DNA of 64,000 nt from Batkoa obscura (lineage: Eukaryota). Below are positions 1 through 11,261 of this stretch, one piece after another. The translations under genes and the position numbers were made by a program. The notes below the pieces were generated by a model. The model was not told where the DNA came from and did not search any database. It worked only from the letters and a program-made list of their open reading frames with translations. How positions within the stretch are numbered: the stretch's first letter is position 1; every line of letters starts with the position of its first letter. Where the stretch lies: contig JASVEC010000012.1 of the NCBI GenBank assembly GCA_030770535.1, positions 1,178,001 to 1,242,000 of the forward strand. Direction: 5' to 3'.

Positions 1-1463
1 TTGGTCTAGCTACTGCTTTGTGTTTTAAATCATTAAAATATTTACTATATATCATTCTTCTAACTTTTATTTAATATATATACATTATTTGATGAATATT
101 TATTTTTATTTTTATTAAATCTTGATGAAATAGTTGAATTATTAAATATTGTATAATAATCTCAATTTGCTCATTAATTTCTTATGTATTTTTAATAATA
201 GGTTGTAATGTTGGTATTTTATTATTATTGGTTATTTTTGAATAATCATATTGATTTCTACTTACATTAAATCCAAAACTTTTACATTCATCAAAATAAT
301 ATACTGAAGCTATAGTTGGTAATAATGCTACTTACTGGTTTTTATTTCCTGTTTCCTTTAAAGCATTAACTTTATACATTGCTTGATTAAGTTTTTTATT
401 ATTATTAATAGTAAACTTTAATAATATTTCTTTTCTTTTTTTGTTTTGTCATAAAATTCCATAAACTCTGGACTATTATGAATAGTTGCTAAAATTGATG
501 TAAATGTGAAAGTTGATACTTAGTGGTCGAAGTTAAAAGCTACTCTTGCTTAATTAACTTGCCTTGAGTCGAAGGGTCTTAGTTTATGTAACTAAGATAG
601 ACTTAACTTAATAGAAATAGTACGTAATAAGCTACGAATTATGTAAAACAAATACAATGGAAGATACTACTATAAAATCTATATCAGATGTTGTCAGAAA
701 GATTTAGTGACTTTATTAATGATACGTTATCAGGGAGTAATCCAATTAAAAAAGCCTGGAGTTATCATATTGAAGAATCTCTTTTATACTCCAATAAATA
801 TGGATATTAATACGAGAGGATGTTATTCCTTGCAATATGAAGTTATAAATTCTCGCAGCAAATCAAAATAAGGGACTCTGACTTGATTGTATTTGAACTT
901 GAGAACACGGCAACTTAAGTGATTGTTGCGTTATAATCAATCCGAGAGCTAAATAAAGCAATATTTCACATAAATGAATTACAATGTTTATATAGTGTGT
1001 TTCTCCCTATTGTATTAAAATTTTTTAAAATTTCATTTCAAAGTTTAGTTATGAAAGTTTGCATTTTATTTTTATTTTAATAAAGAGTAAAGTCAAATAG
1101 TTATATATATATATTGTATATTGTATATCTATTAAACATTTAAAAATAATAATATAGAATATGTAATTGAAAAAATTGATTATTTAAAAAGAATGAGACA
1201 ATTAAAATGAGTCTTTTAAGTTAAATTTTTTTAACTTAGAAGCTTTTTAAATTTAACTAATCACACAGTAAGGGCTTATAAATTTGAAAACTTAAAATTT
1301 GTATTAATTTTTAATTAAATTCTGAAATCAATTTGGACATCCTTATATTATTATGACATTTCCAAATAAAAAAGACAAAGTTAAAGTAGAATATTGATTT
1401 AATAAGTTATTATAAAAAGCTCAATAAAAACCTGATCCCAAAATCAAAACAAGTGAACAAATA

Positions 1464-1565
1464 TATGGGGATGTACTTTTTTGTTTAAGATTTTACTAAT
1501 AGCTTTTCCGCCCAAATAACGCTTAAAAGATGGAAAAAGTGACGAAATAAAAAAAACCCCTCGTA
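1464..1565 (+). mobile_element. ~100-bp MITE family A, copy 1
   Basis: TATGGGGATGTACTTTTTTGTTTAAGA...TTCCGCCCAAATAACGCTTAAAAGATGGAAAAAGT...AAAAAAACCCCTCGTA; matches seven other copies; short imperfect terminal inverted repeats, TA-flanked. Confidence 0.8.
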
Positions 1566-2435
1566 TTTTTAGAGATATATGAAAGCGCACTTTTACATAT
1601 ATAATCTATTGTGGCCCATTGTTAAATATAAACAATGGGTAACCCCTGGCCATACTTTAATTATAATGTTAATTATATAGATCAATCCTTAAGTAACATT
1701 TTTTTGTTACCCCAAGTATTAATTATGTAATAAAAGCTTATAAAGAAACTGTAATTATTAATTTTAAAAGTAAGTTTGAAGAATTACTTTTCTAAAAACA
1801 ATACCTACGTAATGACTTAAAATCATGGACATAATAACAGTAAACTCGTTTTTACTACCACAAATTATACAATTAATAATTATTGTCTATTTAAAATTTT
1901 ATATTATTGTTCTATTTTTTCACTTAATTCTAGTATAAAACTATACTATCTATGACAATATTAGCTTTTAAAATAAAGATAAAATTGAAAACTGAAAGTA
2001 GCTTATTAGTAAATTACATATCATTATTTTTTTTAAATTTGTCCGAAGATTCAAGTAATAGATTTGATTTATAACTAATAAAAAGGGTGCACGTCATAGT
2101 AATATAAAATAGCTAACAATTAGTAATTAGAATAAAAAAAAACTGGTTTAATTTATAGTTTTATTTTCATAATAAAACGTAGTAAATATTGTTTGAGTTT
2201 ATTCATGATATAATAGGCTAACTTTAGCAAATTTAACAATATCCATGTTTTTGAGATGGTGTCTATAGAATAATGATTTATTATAATCAAAATAAATTGA
2301 TGTGAATAGAGTAACATTATTTCAATAGTCAATTTGTTTGTAATTTGTTAATAATTTGTTGGTAATTTATTTTACTTTAAACTCTGATGGATTTTAAGCG
2401 TTTGGTATTAAAGAGCTAGTGTATGCTATAAATAC

Positions 2436-2506
2436 AGTATTTTACACTATAAGAATAGTATTTTACACTATAAGAATAGTATCATATACTATAAAAGTAG
2501 TATTTT
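2436..2506. repeat. 21-bp minisatellite (~3.3 units)
   Basis: AGTATTTTACACTATAAGAAT x2 followed by a degenerate third unit. Confidence 0.85.
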
Positions 2507-3241
2507 AATCAAAATATAATAAGTAGCGATTATATTTGAATCTAGATTCTTAATCAACTATAATTAGTTAAATATTAAATGGAACGATTTGTACTAATTA
2601 ATTGGTATAGTTAAAATAAGATTTCAAATAGTATAGTTTAATAAATAGTAAATAATTTTATTGGAACTTATATAATTAATTAAATCTTAAAATTAAAATT
2701 TCAACATTTTAATATAATGTTCTAAAAATAGGTTGTTGACAAATTTAGAAACATAAATTATAAACCGGATTACGCTACCTCTCCCTTGATGTTAATTTTT
2801 ATACTATTATAACGTTTATGTTATACTATTAAGAAATTAATTAAAATTGTATCATCTATAAAATAATTTATATGTATGTATGTATGTATGTATGTGAGGA
2901 TATATATATTAAATCACTTGACGTATTTGGAGTTTATAGAATAAATTTGAAATAGCTATTTATCATTAATATTTATATGACTTTTCCCTACCAAACAGTA
3001 CTTAACCCTATTTGACTTTATTAACTTGTTTAATAAAAAAACAAAAAGGGAATCCAAAAAGTTAATTAATTAGATTTAGCGAAAAAGTTATAAATAATTT
3101 TAAAAGAATTTAAAAGTATAAATTTAAATTCTTTGATGTTCTTATGATTTGAAAACGGACATCAAAAAGTAATTGAGCAAAAGGTATTTAAAATGGAGAA
3201 AAGAAAGAAATATGAAAATAAAAAGTTAGAAGATTATAAAA

Positions 3242-4124
3242 ATGAATAAAGACGAACAAATAGAGCAAACTACTACTAATGAAACTGAATGTAAAAAAAT
3301 AGCCCCCTTTTTAATTAAATTAAGAAGGTAACCTATAAATTATCTCTAGCTAAGAAACTTATTAACATTGCTATTTTTAGTATACTTGATAGCGAGAATT
3401 TCAAGTCTATTATTAACTGGAATGAAGATGGTACTCAATTTGAAATTCATGACCCTATTCAATTTGAGTCTAAAGTTTTACCTGGCAACTATAAAAGCCA
3501 AAGAATTGAGACATTCTTTAGGCAACTAAACGTAATTACTAACCCTTTATTTGTATTACATAAATACTAATGTCTATTTAGATTTATAATTTTAAAAGAT
3601 TAAACTATAAACGATATCATGACGGCACTTTATATAAGGTTTTAGCTTTTAAAAATGAGTATTTCAAAAAAGACGAACCTAATTTAATGTACAAGATTAA
3701 CCGCAAGCAAAATACAAGAAAAAGTGATGAAAATACTTCTCCTTTAGCTAATGAAGAACCAAATCTAGTGCATCCAAACACAGCTTGCATAAATATCGAA
3801 CCATTTGATGACAATTGGGCTTGCGATGATATTATTAACAACCCCAATGAATATATTCAGCCTGATTTTAATGCAGTTGATTGCTACATATACTCACAAC
3901 CATATATTGATACAAATGTGATGATACCCTATGGTCTAATATATACTCCAGAGACTATTTCTCCACTATTGGTTCCTACATATATACCAACCTTCACTTC
4001 TGACCCTATTAGTCCCACATCAATACCAACTTATTACCATGCATTTACTTCGGAATCAATTAGCCCAGCTTCTGCGCCTCTACATTATGATTACTATGAC
4101 TTTGATCAACAGTCCAATCCATAA
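3242..4124 (+). CDS. HSF-type DNA-binding domain protein (paralog 1), 3 exons, ~259 aa
   Basis: Exons 3242-3327, 3381-3531, 3582-4124 joined at GT-AG introns give APFLIKLRSIL...IINWNEDGTQFEIHDPIQFESKVLP...TFFRQLNIYNFKR...FKNEYFKKDEPNLMYKINRK, the HSF winged-helix pattern; P/Y/T/S-rich tail. Confidence 0.9.
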
Positions 4125-4487
4125 AATTAATTTATTTTAGTATTAATAAACCTTGATAAAAATTATTTTTACACCTTATAAGCTATACAGGTATTTTATT
4201 GCCAATAATATAACTAGTAATTTAATTAAATTTTTTATTTAGAAAAGAAAATAGGAAAGAAAATGGCAGTCATGACCAAAAGCGGGGTCCTTTGGCTTAG
4301 TGTTATAACATTTGATCTAATAGTTTCCGTTATCTAACCTTCTTTGCCTTTTTATCTGTTATTTTTTACTTTCATGAATAAAAGTTTATGGTTTTTGGGG
4401 CTTTTCAAGATTTTAAAAAAAGAGCCTAAATTAAACTTGTAAAGATATTATTTACCAATAATATCTATAAAAGATGTTTACACTTCA

Positions 4488-4570
4488 TCTCACCTCCCGG
4501 GATCGAACCAGGGACCGATGGATTGCTATTTATTTACAGTCCATCGCTCTTCCAACTGAGCTAAGGTGAG
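4488..4570 (-). tRNA. tRNA-Tyr(GTA) with 10-nt intron
   Basis: CTCACCT/AGGTGAG acceptor stem; anticodon arm ATGGA-CTGTAA-[ATAAATAGCA]-A-TCCAT; T-loop GGTTCGATCCC. Confidence 0.95.
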
Positions 4571-4607
4571 AGCTTCTTGTTACAATCAAGTTTAATGTGT
4601 AATATTC

Positions 4608-4700
4608 AAGTGTTTTTTTTGTTTCATCACTTTTTCCATTTTTTAAGCGCTATTTGAGCGGAAAGCTAGTAAAATTCTTACAAAAAAATACGTCCCCATA
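4608..4700 (-). mobile_element. MITE family A, copy 2
   Basis: Reverse-complement match to the family core (TTTTTCCATTTTTTAAGCGCTATTTGAGCGGAAA...CGTCCCCATA), ~40 bp upstream of tRNA-Tyr. Confidence 0.8.
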
Positions 4701-6339
4701 TAATACTTATTCTATTACTCAATTGAATATACAAATTACAGAGTGAAATGCTTGAAGATGAAAATAATGTTCTATTAAACCAGACAATATTATAATAACA
4801 ATAGGATTTATAACTACAAAGATGTAAGTAATTATTTTATTGAATATGATTATGATATTCAATTTTACCCAGGAATTGTGATTATTACTCGAAATTACTA
4901 CCCAATTTATCTTGTTAAAACATGCAATAGAATGTTGTTCTAATTGACACCATACACCATACTGTTACTGTTACTATTAATAGTGCCTATTTTTTAAGGG
5001 GTAATTTTGAATTAGATTGTAAATAAATTCATAAATCCTTTTTATACTGAAATATTACCATAAATATAACAAGGAACAGCCAGTTTCATTTAATTTTAAT
5101 AAAACATGATTTAATGACATTATATCAGCTAAAATCAAGTTATGTAATTGTAGTAAGATAAAAATACAAATAAATGAATTCAATTTTTAAGCAGAAATTA
5201 TATATGATTTGGAAAGAAAAGAAAGTGCATATTATTATATAATATATATCCAACTTTATTTAAAAGGTATATTTGATTTATTACCGAAATGAATTCAAGA
5301 ACTTTAAACTTGATGGTTTAAGATTTTCGAATGAAAAGTGATCCAAATTCAACGTACATCAAATTATTTTGAATAAGTTTGTACCGGTATTTATTTATTT
5401 TGAAATGCTAAATTTGTAAACTATTGCACAACCATTTAAATACACTATGAAAGAAATATCATAACTCGTGGTATACCTACCATCTTTGTTATTATCACTA
5501 TGATTATTATTTATTACTTAGATTATCTATTTTTTAATGTAGTAATATCCGTCAAAGGGATTTTATCATAAATAAAAACTTATTTTTACTTAATTGGTAT
5601 AATATAAGTTTTTATAGAATAAAATGTAAACGTACATATTTAGATACTACAGAAAAGGTTTTATTACTTAATTATTGTTTAATTACTACTTTATAAAAAC
5701 TATACCCAAACCCAAAGCAGCATTCAAAAACTCAATATTTAGAAAGCGGAAAATAAAGGAATAATTGAAAGAACATTGACTCGTTAGTATCATTAAAGGA
5801 TTTATATCAAAAACCATTACATTAGTTAATGTATGGAATATTTAACTGAAGTTTGATGTATTTTTATATCAATATTCATAAACATTTTAATCAAACAACG
5901 ATTAGATGTTTTATGAATTTTATCAAACTCTAGCGGAAAACAGTGTAATTTATTGTTATTTAAAAAATAAGGCTATGATATCAGGGTTTTTACAACTCTT
6001 CACTGCTAATTAATTATAAAAATATTAATATATTAAATTTCACAAATAAGATAAAATAATGTTAATATTTTGTGAGATATGTGGTTTATAGTAAAAAATG
6101 ATATTAAAAAGATAGGTGTTATTTAATATCAAAACGCCTATTTAATCTATAAGTTCATCTTTTATTCAAACAGTTTACTTAATGACTGCTACAAATTAAT
6201 GCTAAATAACTACTAAGAATAAAGTCCTTTTAGTATTTCTTTAATAGATTAAACTCAAAAGTATTAGAGGAACATCTCAACTATAAATAAATAAACCATC
6301 TTATTTCTGAAAATTATTTCTTATAACACCTAGCTTAGA

Positions 6340-6807
6340 ATGAAATATTTGATATATGTCGTCTTTTGTGCTTATACCTTGAATGCTGCTGCAACTCCGA
6401 ACGTTGGTTGTGAGGAGCTCACAAAAGACTTAGGAAAAGAGTACAAGTCCATTTGTGAGTCGTTTGGAGAAGCAGCGATTGAACCATACGTTGGAGAAAT
6501 TCAAAAATGTGTTAGTGAATGCGATGGTAACCAATGTAAAAAAGAATGTGGTGCCAAAGTCGTCGAAAAGAAGGTTAAAGAAGCTACTGGTGTTACAGAT
6601 AAAACATTAGATGAAATGTTAAGGTGTGGAAAAGGATGTAAAGAGGATGATTATGGCTGTAAAATTGAATGCGCTGTTAAACCTCTTTTAGATGATAAGG
6701 GCGATAAAAGCGGCTCAAAAGCAGGTCATTCATCAGATGCCTATTTTGCTATTTCTCCTCCTGCGGTTTTATTGCTTTTATTTTATTATTTCGCCTTTTT
6801 GAGTTAA
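6340..6807 (+). CDS. Small secreted cysteine-rich, probably GPI-anchored protein
   Basis: Hydrophobic N-terminal signal, 10 Cys in the mature part in two CxxxC..CxxxC repeats, Ser/Gly spacer, hydrophobic C-terminus; TATAAATA at ~6283. Confidence 0.8.
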   Translation: MKYLIYVVFCAYTLNAAATPNVGCEELTKDLGKEYKSICESFGEAAIEPYVGEIQKCVSECDGNQCKKECGAKVVEKKVKEATGVTDKTLDEMLRCGKGCKEDDYGCKIECAVKPLLDDKGDKSGSKAGHSSDAYFAISPPAVLLLLFYYFAFLS

Positions 6808-8841
6808 GTCTTATTAGTAAATAGACTAAATAGTTTTTTATGTTCATAAAATGCGTTAAATTTTGGTAATTTATTTTATTATTTATATCAATTATAAAAT
6901 ATTTTGTATTTGAAATATAAGAAAATGCAATACTATTAAACTTAAAACTTATTTGAAATAGGAAATTAGCACTTTTTAATTAAACGAAGAGATGCTTAAC
7001 AGGTTAATTTAGTTTATAGAAAATTTTACAGCTTATTAGCAAATTAGTATAAACAAAAGCTATTGTGATATATGTAATTTGTATAATTTTTGGATGAGTT
7101 TATATTTTAGATTAGTAAATTATATAGTAATTAGTTTACACATCTTCCTAAAGCTATAAAGCAATATAAAGTTTAGATTTCAGCTATAGAAAAACATGTT
7201 TTTTTTAGAATTTAAAAAAAACTATTCTTTAAGCTGTTATTTTATAAAATATATAAATTGTTTATTTTTATATAAAGTCATTTTATTTATGGCTTTTCTA
7301 ACACTCAACTTTTAAAACAGCTTATTTAATTATTTAAAGTATACAAAATTATCAAAAATTATAATTTTTAAAAATAGATGTTTATTTGAAATTTAAGCAT
7401 TATTTTTATATTTTTGCATCATTTTGATTTTATTAAGTGTTTTTAAAGCTTTTGCTAGAGATAATAGCTCAAAAAAATAGTTTATATTTTTATAGAACAT
7501 TATTATTAAATTTAATATTTACAAATATTAATGACTTTTAGAAAATAAATTTAAAGAAACCAATTAAAAGAAGAAAATAAAAATTAGCTTAATTAGCTAA
7601 AAGTTTTTCAAAATTTTTATTAAAATAAATGAACTTATTATTATTAAAAAAATTACAAACAAACAACTAATTGAGCTATAAAATTAAATAATATGCATAT
7701 AATTGACATGTTTTAGAAAGCTTTATTTAATTTATTTAAATTTATAAAGTGTACTAACTTTTTAAACTATTTTAAGCTATTTTAAACTATTTTTAAAATA
7801 ATTTTATTTAAAATACTAGTTAAACTGCTTTTTGACTAATAATTGGTAACATAAATACTTTATTTTTTGGCTATTTGTGCAATATAAACTGTAATTTTTT
7901 AATCTGATTTAATATTATATTTACTTAATTTGCTAATATAAATATGACTTTTTTTTAAAATATAATATTATTAGTTTGTAAATAAACTTATGTTATTTAA
8001 ATATTAAATAATTCCTTAAGTAATAAGTTATTCAAAAACTTTAGTTTATTTGTCTAGTGGTAGAAATAAATAAATTCCTTTTTTTAGAATTTTCCCAAAA
8101 ATCAATTTTTTTTAACCCTTTGGATACCGGACATCACAAAAAAAATTCTGTTTGATTGGATCGTAATTTTCGATCCATCTTTTGATTAGTGAAGGATGAT
8201 TTTTGCTTGGCCAAGATTAATTTGACGAGCAGTGTTCATCACAATTTAATTTTGCTTTACAAAAATTTGGCGAGCATAGCTCGTCCATGGCAAAGTGGCT
8301 AAGAAGCAAAATACAATTTGGGGTGTCTTTTTGCTTCAGCATTTTGTTCATTTTTATTTAATTAAAAACTTGTTGCCCGAATCGAACAAAAAATAATCTC
8401 AATATAAATTTTGATCTTTTATACAAGTGCACTTTACTTCTTAAACTAACTAATATAACAAAATGTTGCTATATTTTTATTCCAGCTGTGACATAATATA
8501 AAATAGTCTTAAATCAAAGAACCTTGAAAAAGCAGTCCTGTTTTAACAGAGTCAGCTAAGGCTTTTAATAAACTAATATCAGTTCATACTATTGTTTTAG
8601 CAACACTAACCAAAAAAAAGAAACTCAATTGGTCAATTCGAACTCAAAAGTAGCTGCAGCCAATAAAAGCTCAAGCTAAATCTACCAACTAAATTGAAGA
8701 ATTTTTCGAAACGATAGGGCCTTAAAAATTTGTTTAAAAAATTTTAAACCCTGTTAAAAAATAATTGCAAATGGGATAAGCGATTTCTTTCTCTCTAGTA
8801 AGAAAACCAACACTTTAAGGTTATCTTTATTATTTATCACC

Positions 8842-9549
8842 ATGTCTGAACAAGTAATAAATTTATTTAATACTGTATAAATTGCAGGTTTCATCTTATA
8901 TATCGAACAGTTGCTTTTTTCAACATGAATTCGTGTTTTTAGTAAAATAGAAATAAGATACAATAAGAAAGTTTCAAAAGATATCGAACCTCGCTATGAA
9001 CCCAGATAAAAATAATGGATAAACAAAGATATTAACCCACCTCTTCACTAGGTTGAAAAAGCTTTCCAAAAGCAAGCCGGAGTCTTCCTTAATGGTAAAG
9101 GAGCCAAAAAGAGCAAAAACTTACGTTGGTATAAAGATGTAGGTCTTGGTTTCAAGACCCCAAAAGAAGCCATTGAAGGTGCCTATGTTGATAAGAAATG
9201 CCCATTCACTGGTGATGTTTCTATCCGTGGACGTATCCTTACTGGAACCGTTATGTCTACCAAGATGAAGCGTACTATCATCATCCGTCGTGATTATCTC
9301 CATTATATCCCTAAATATAACCGTTATGAAAAACGTCATAAGAACTTGGCTGCCCATCTTTCACCATGTTTCATTGGTGTCCAAAATGGTGACCTTGTTA
9401 CTGTTGGTCAATGCCGGTAAGCCAAGATTTTAAGAGTTTTTATTTTATATAATAATAATATTTTTAGTCCTCTTTCTAAGACTGTTAGATTCAACGTTCT
9501 TAAAGTACAAAAAGCTATTTCTGGAAGCAAACAATTCACCAAATTTTAA
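8842..9549 (+). CDS. RPS11: 40S ribosomal protein S11 (uS17)
   Basis: Exons 8842-8853 (MSEQ), 9052-9416, 9468-9549: VEKAFQKQ...[13 protein letters not shown]...DKKCPFTG...[15 protein letters not shown]. Confidence 0.97.
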
Positions 9550-9684
9550 AGCTAGAGAGCATTAAAATTGAAAGAATAATAAAAGAAAATAAGAGAATAC
9601 AAAAGTTATTTAATTAAAACAAATAAGCCATGATTTTAAATTGTATACTAAGAATTTAATAGATTAGAATGTTTATTTGTACTT

Positions 9685-10794
9685 TTATTTTTCTTCTTCC
9701 TTTAAGCGCGCTTGATCGGCTACTAATTGTATGTTGTATTTTTTGTATTTATTAAAATCGGTTAGTACACTTATCCCACAGATAGACTAGTAAATGAATT
9801 AGATAAATTAAAAGAACAGACTAGTAAAATAAACATACTTTAAAGATTTCAACCACAATAGTTAGATCAGGGTTGTCAAGGTCTACCTTATGTTCTGGAC
9901 CAACAATAGCAGCTAACGATTGGATAACTTTATCTTTTTCAATTTCTCCACAGTTTCTTTTTTTAAATACTATACCAAACTAAAAAGAAATTAAATATAA
10001 CTTATAAGTTAATAAAAACCCAAAATTTTACCTTTTTTGGTTGAATTTTACCAGTAGTTTCATCTGGAGTATGGAAAAAAGGCAAAAACAACTTTTTAGC
10101 CAAGGACTCGATATCAGGTATGTTAGCATAGCAGGTGTTCATAATGGGTAAAATACGTGAAATATGTCTACCAAAAACAAAAATAAATAAATATCAAAAC
10201 ATTTTAAGAGTGTTGAACATACTTTGTTTTGGTAATCCCAGTTTCAGCTACTTTTTCAAATAGCTTTTGAATAAAAGGGACAGGCTCCACAGGTTGCTTT
10301 GTAAACAAAAAAGCCATACAATCTACCTGAGTTTTCAGAGAACCGAAATAGAATTTATTCTTTTTTTTACTGGATAATCCTTCAATCTCTTTAGTGATCT
10401 CAGCTTCTATGTCTTTTTCTTCTTTTTCTTCAGGGGTATCGGAAATATCTAACTCTGGATACACTTCCTTTGCAAACTGAAGATAAAGTTATTGGGTTAG
10501 TTTATGATAATTATTTTTAAGTACCTCATTGAAAAGTGTTAAAGCTTCTGAGATACAGCTCTTTTCTCTATTTCTATCACAGAATAGAATGATACCTGGT
10601 AACCCTGGGTTTACTTCAAACACCGTTTTAAGACCTGTTCTATCCTGAATTCAAAAGTACATTATTAAATCATAATCCCCCTTTAATTTATCATTCATTT
10701 AAAGACTTACCTTCGACTTCATGTATACCATCGTGCGATGTTTTTTATTACTATTGATTTTAGTATCTCCTTTACTATCGTTCCGTTTGCCCAT
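9685..10794 (-). CDS. TAN1: THUMP-domain tRNA acetylation adaptor (Tan1/THUMPD1), ~6 exons
   Basis: GIILFCDRNREKSCISEA, DIEAEITKEIEGL, HISRILPI, FGIVFKKRN, HKVDLDNPDLTIVVEIFK, CGISVLTDFNKYKKYNI across GT-AG introns. Confidence 0.88.
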
Positions 10795-11261
10795 CTTTGT
10801 GTATCAAGAAAATAAAGCTAAAAAAACTTAAATATTTTTGTAATTTCCACTTGAGTTTTTGCTTATGTCCCACAAGTTTTTAACTAATTTACAAATTTTC
10901 CCCCTAAAAAAAAATAAAAAGTATACTATTGTCTTAATTAATAAGTAAGGATAATAATAAATGGTTTGATACCCATTTACAGCGGTCTATGTATTAGGCC
11001 AACCAATCTTTGTATACCTATAGGTTGTCCTATTACTTTCCTTTAGTAGAATAAAGTTGAAAGCAGTTGACGACGGCTTGGGTTTTTTTGGAACTTGCTT
11101 TAAAAGATGATTTTAATATAAAGCTATATTGTAAATCGGGGGTTTAGAATATTTTAAAATAAATGCAAAAGTAAAAAAAAGTTGTATTAATAAAAAGAAT
11201 AATGCTTGAATAAAGAAATGACAAAAATTAAATTTAACTTTATAAAATAAAATTTTATTTA

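Noticed and set aside
1..960. Degraded coding-like stretches (minus strand 1-480; plus strand 657-960)
   Set aside because: Interrupted by stops and no recognisable motif; cannot assign
2436..2506. CRISPR-like repeat array
   Set aside because: Head-to-tail repeats without spacers, eukaryotic context, no cas genes
8111..8122. TTAACCCTT as a telomerase RNA template
   Set aside because: No recognisable pseudoknot or P6.1, and the telomere repeat of this organism is unknown to me
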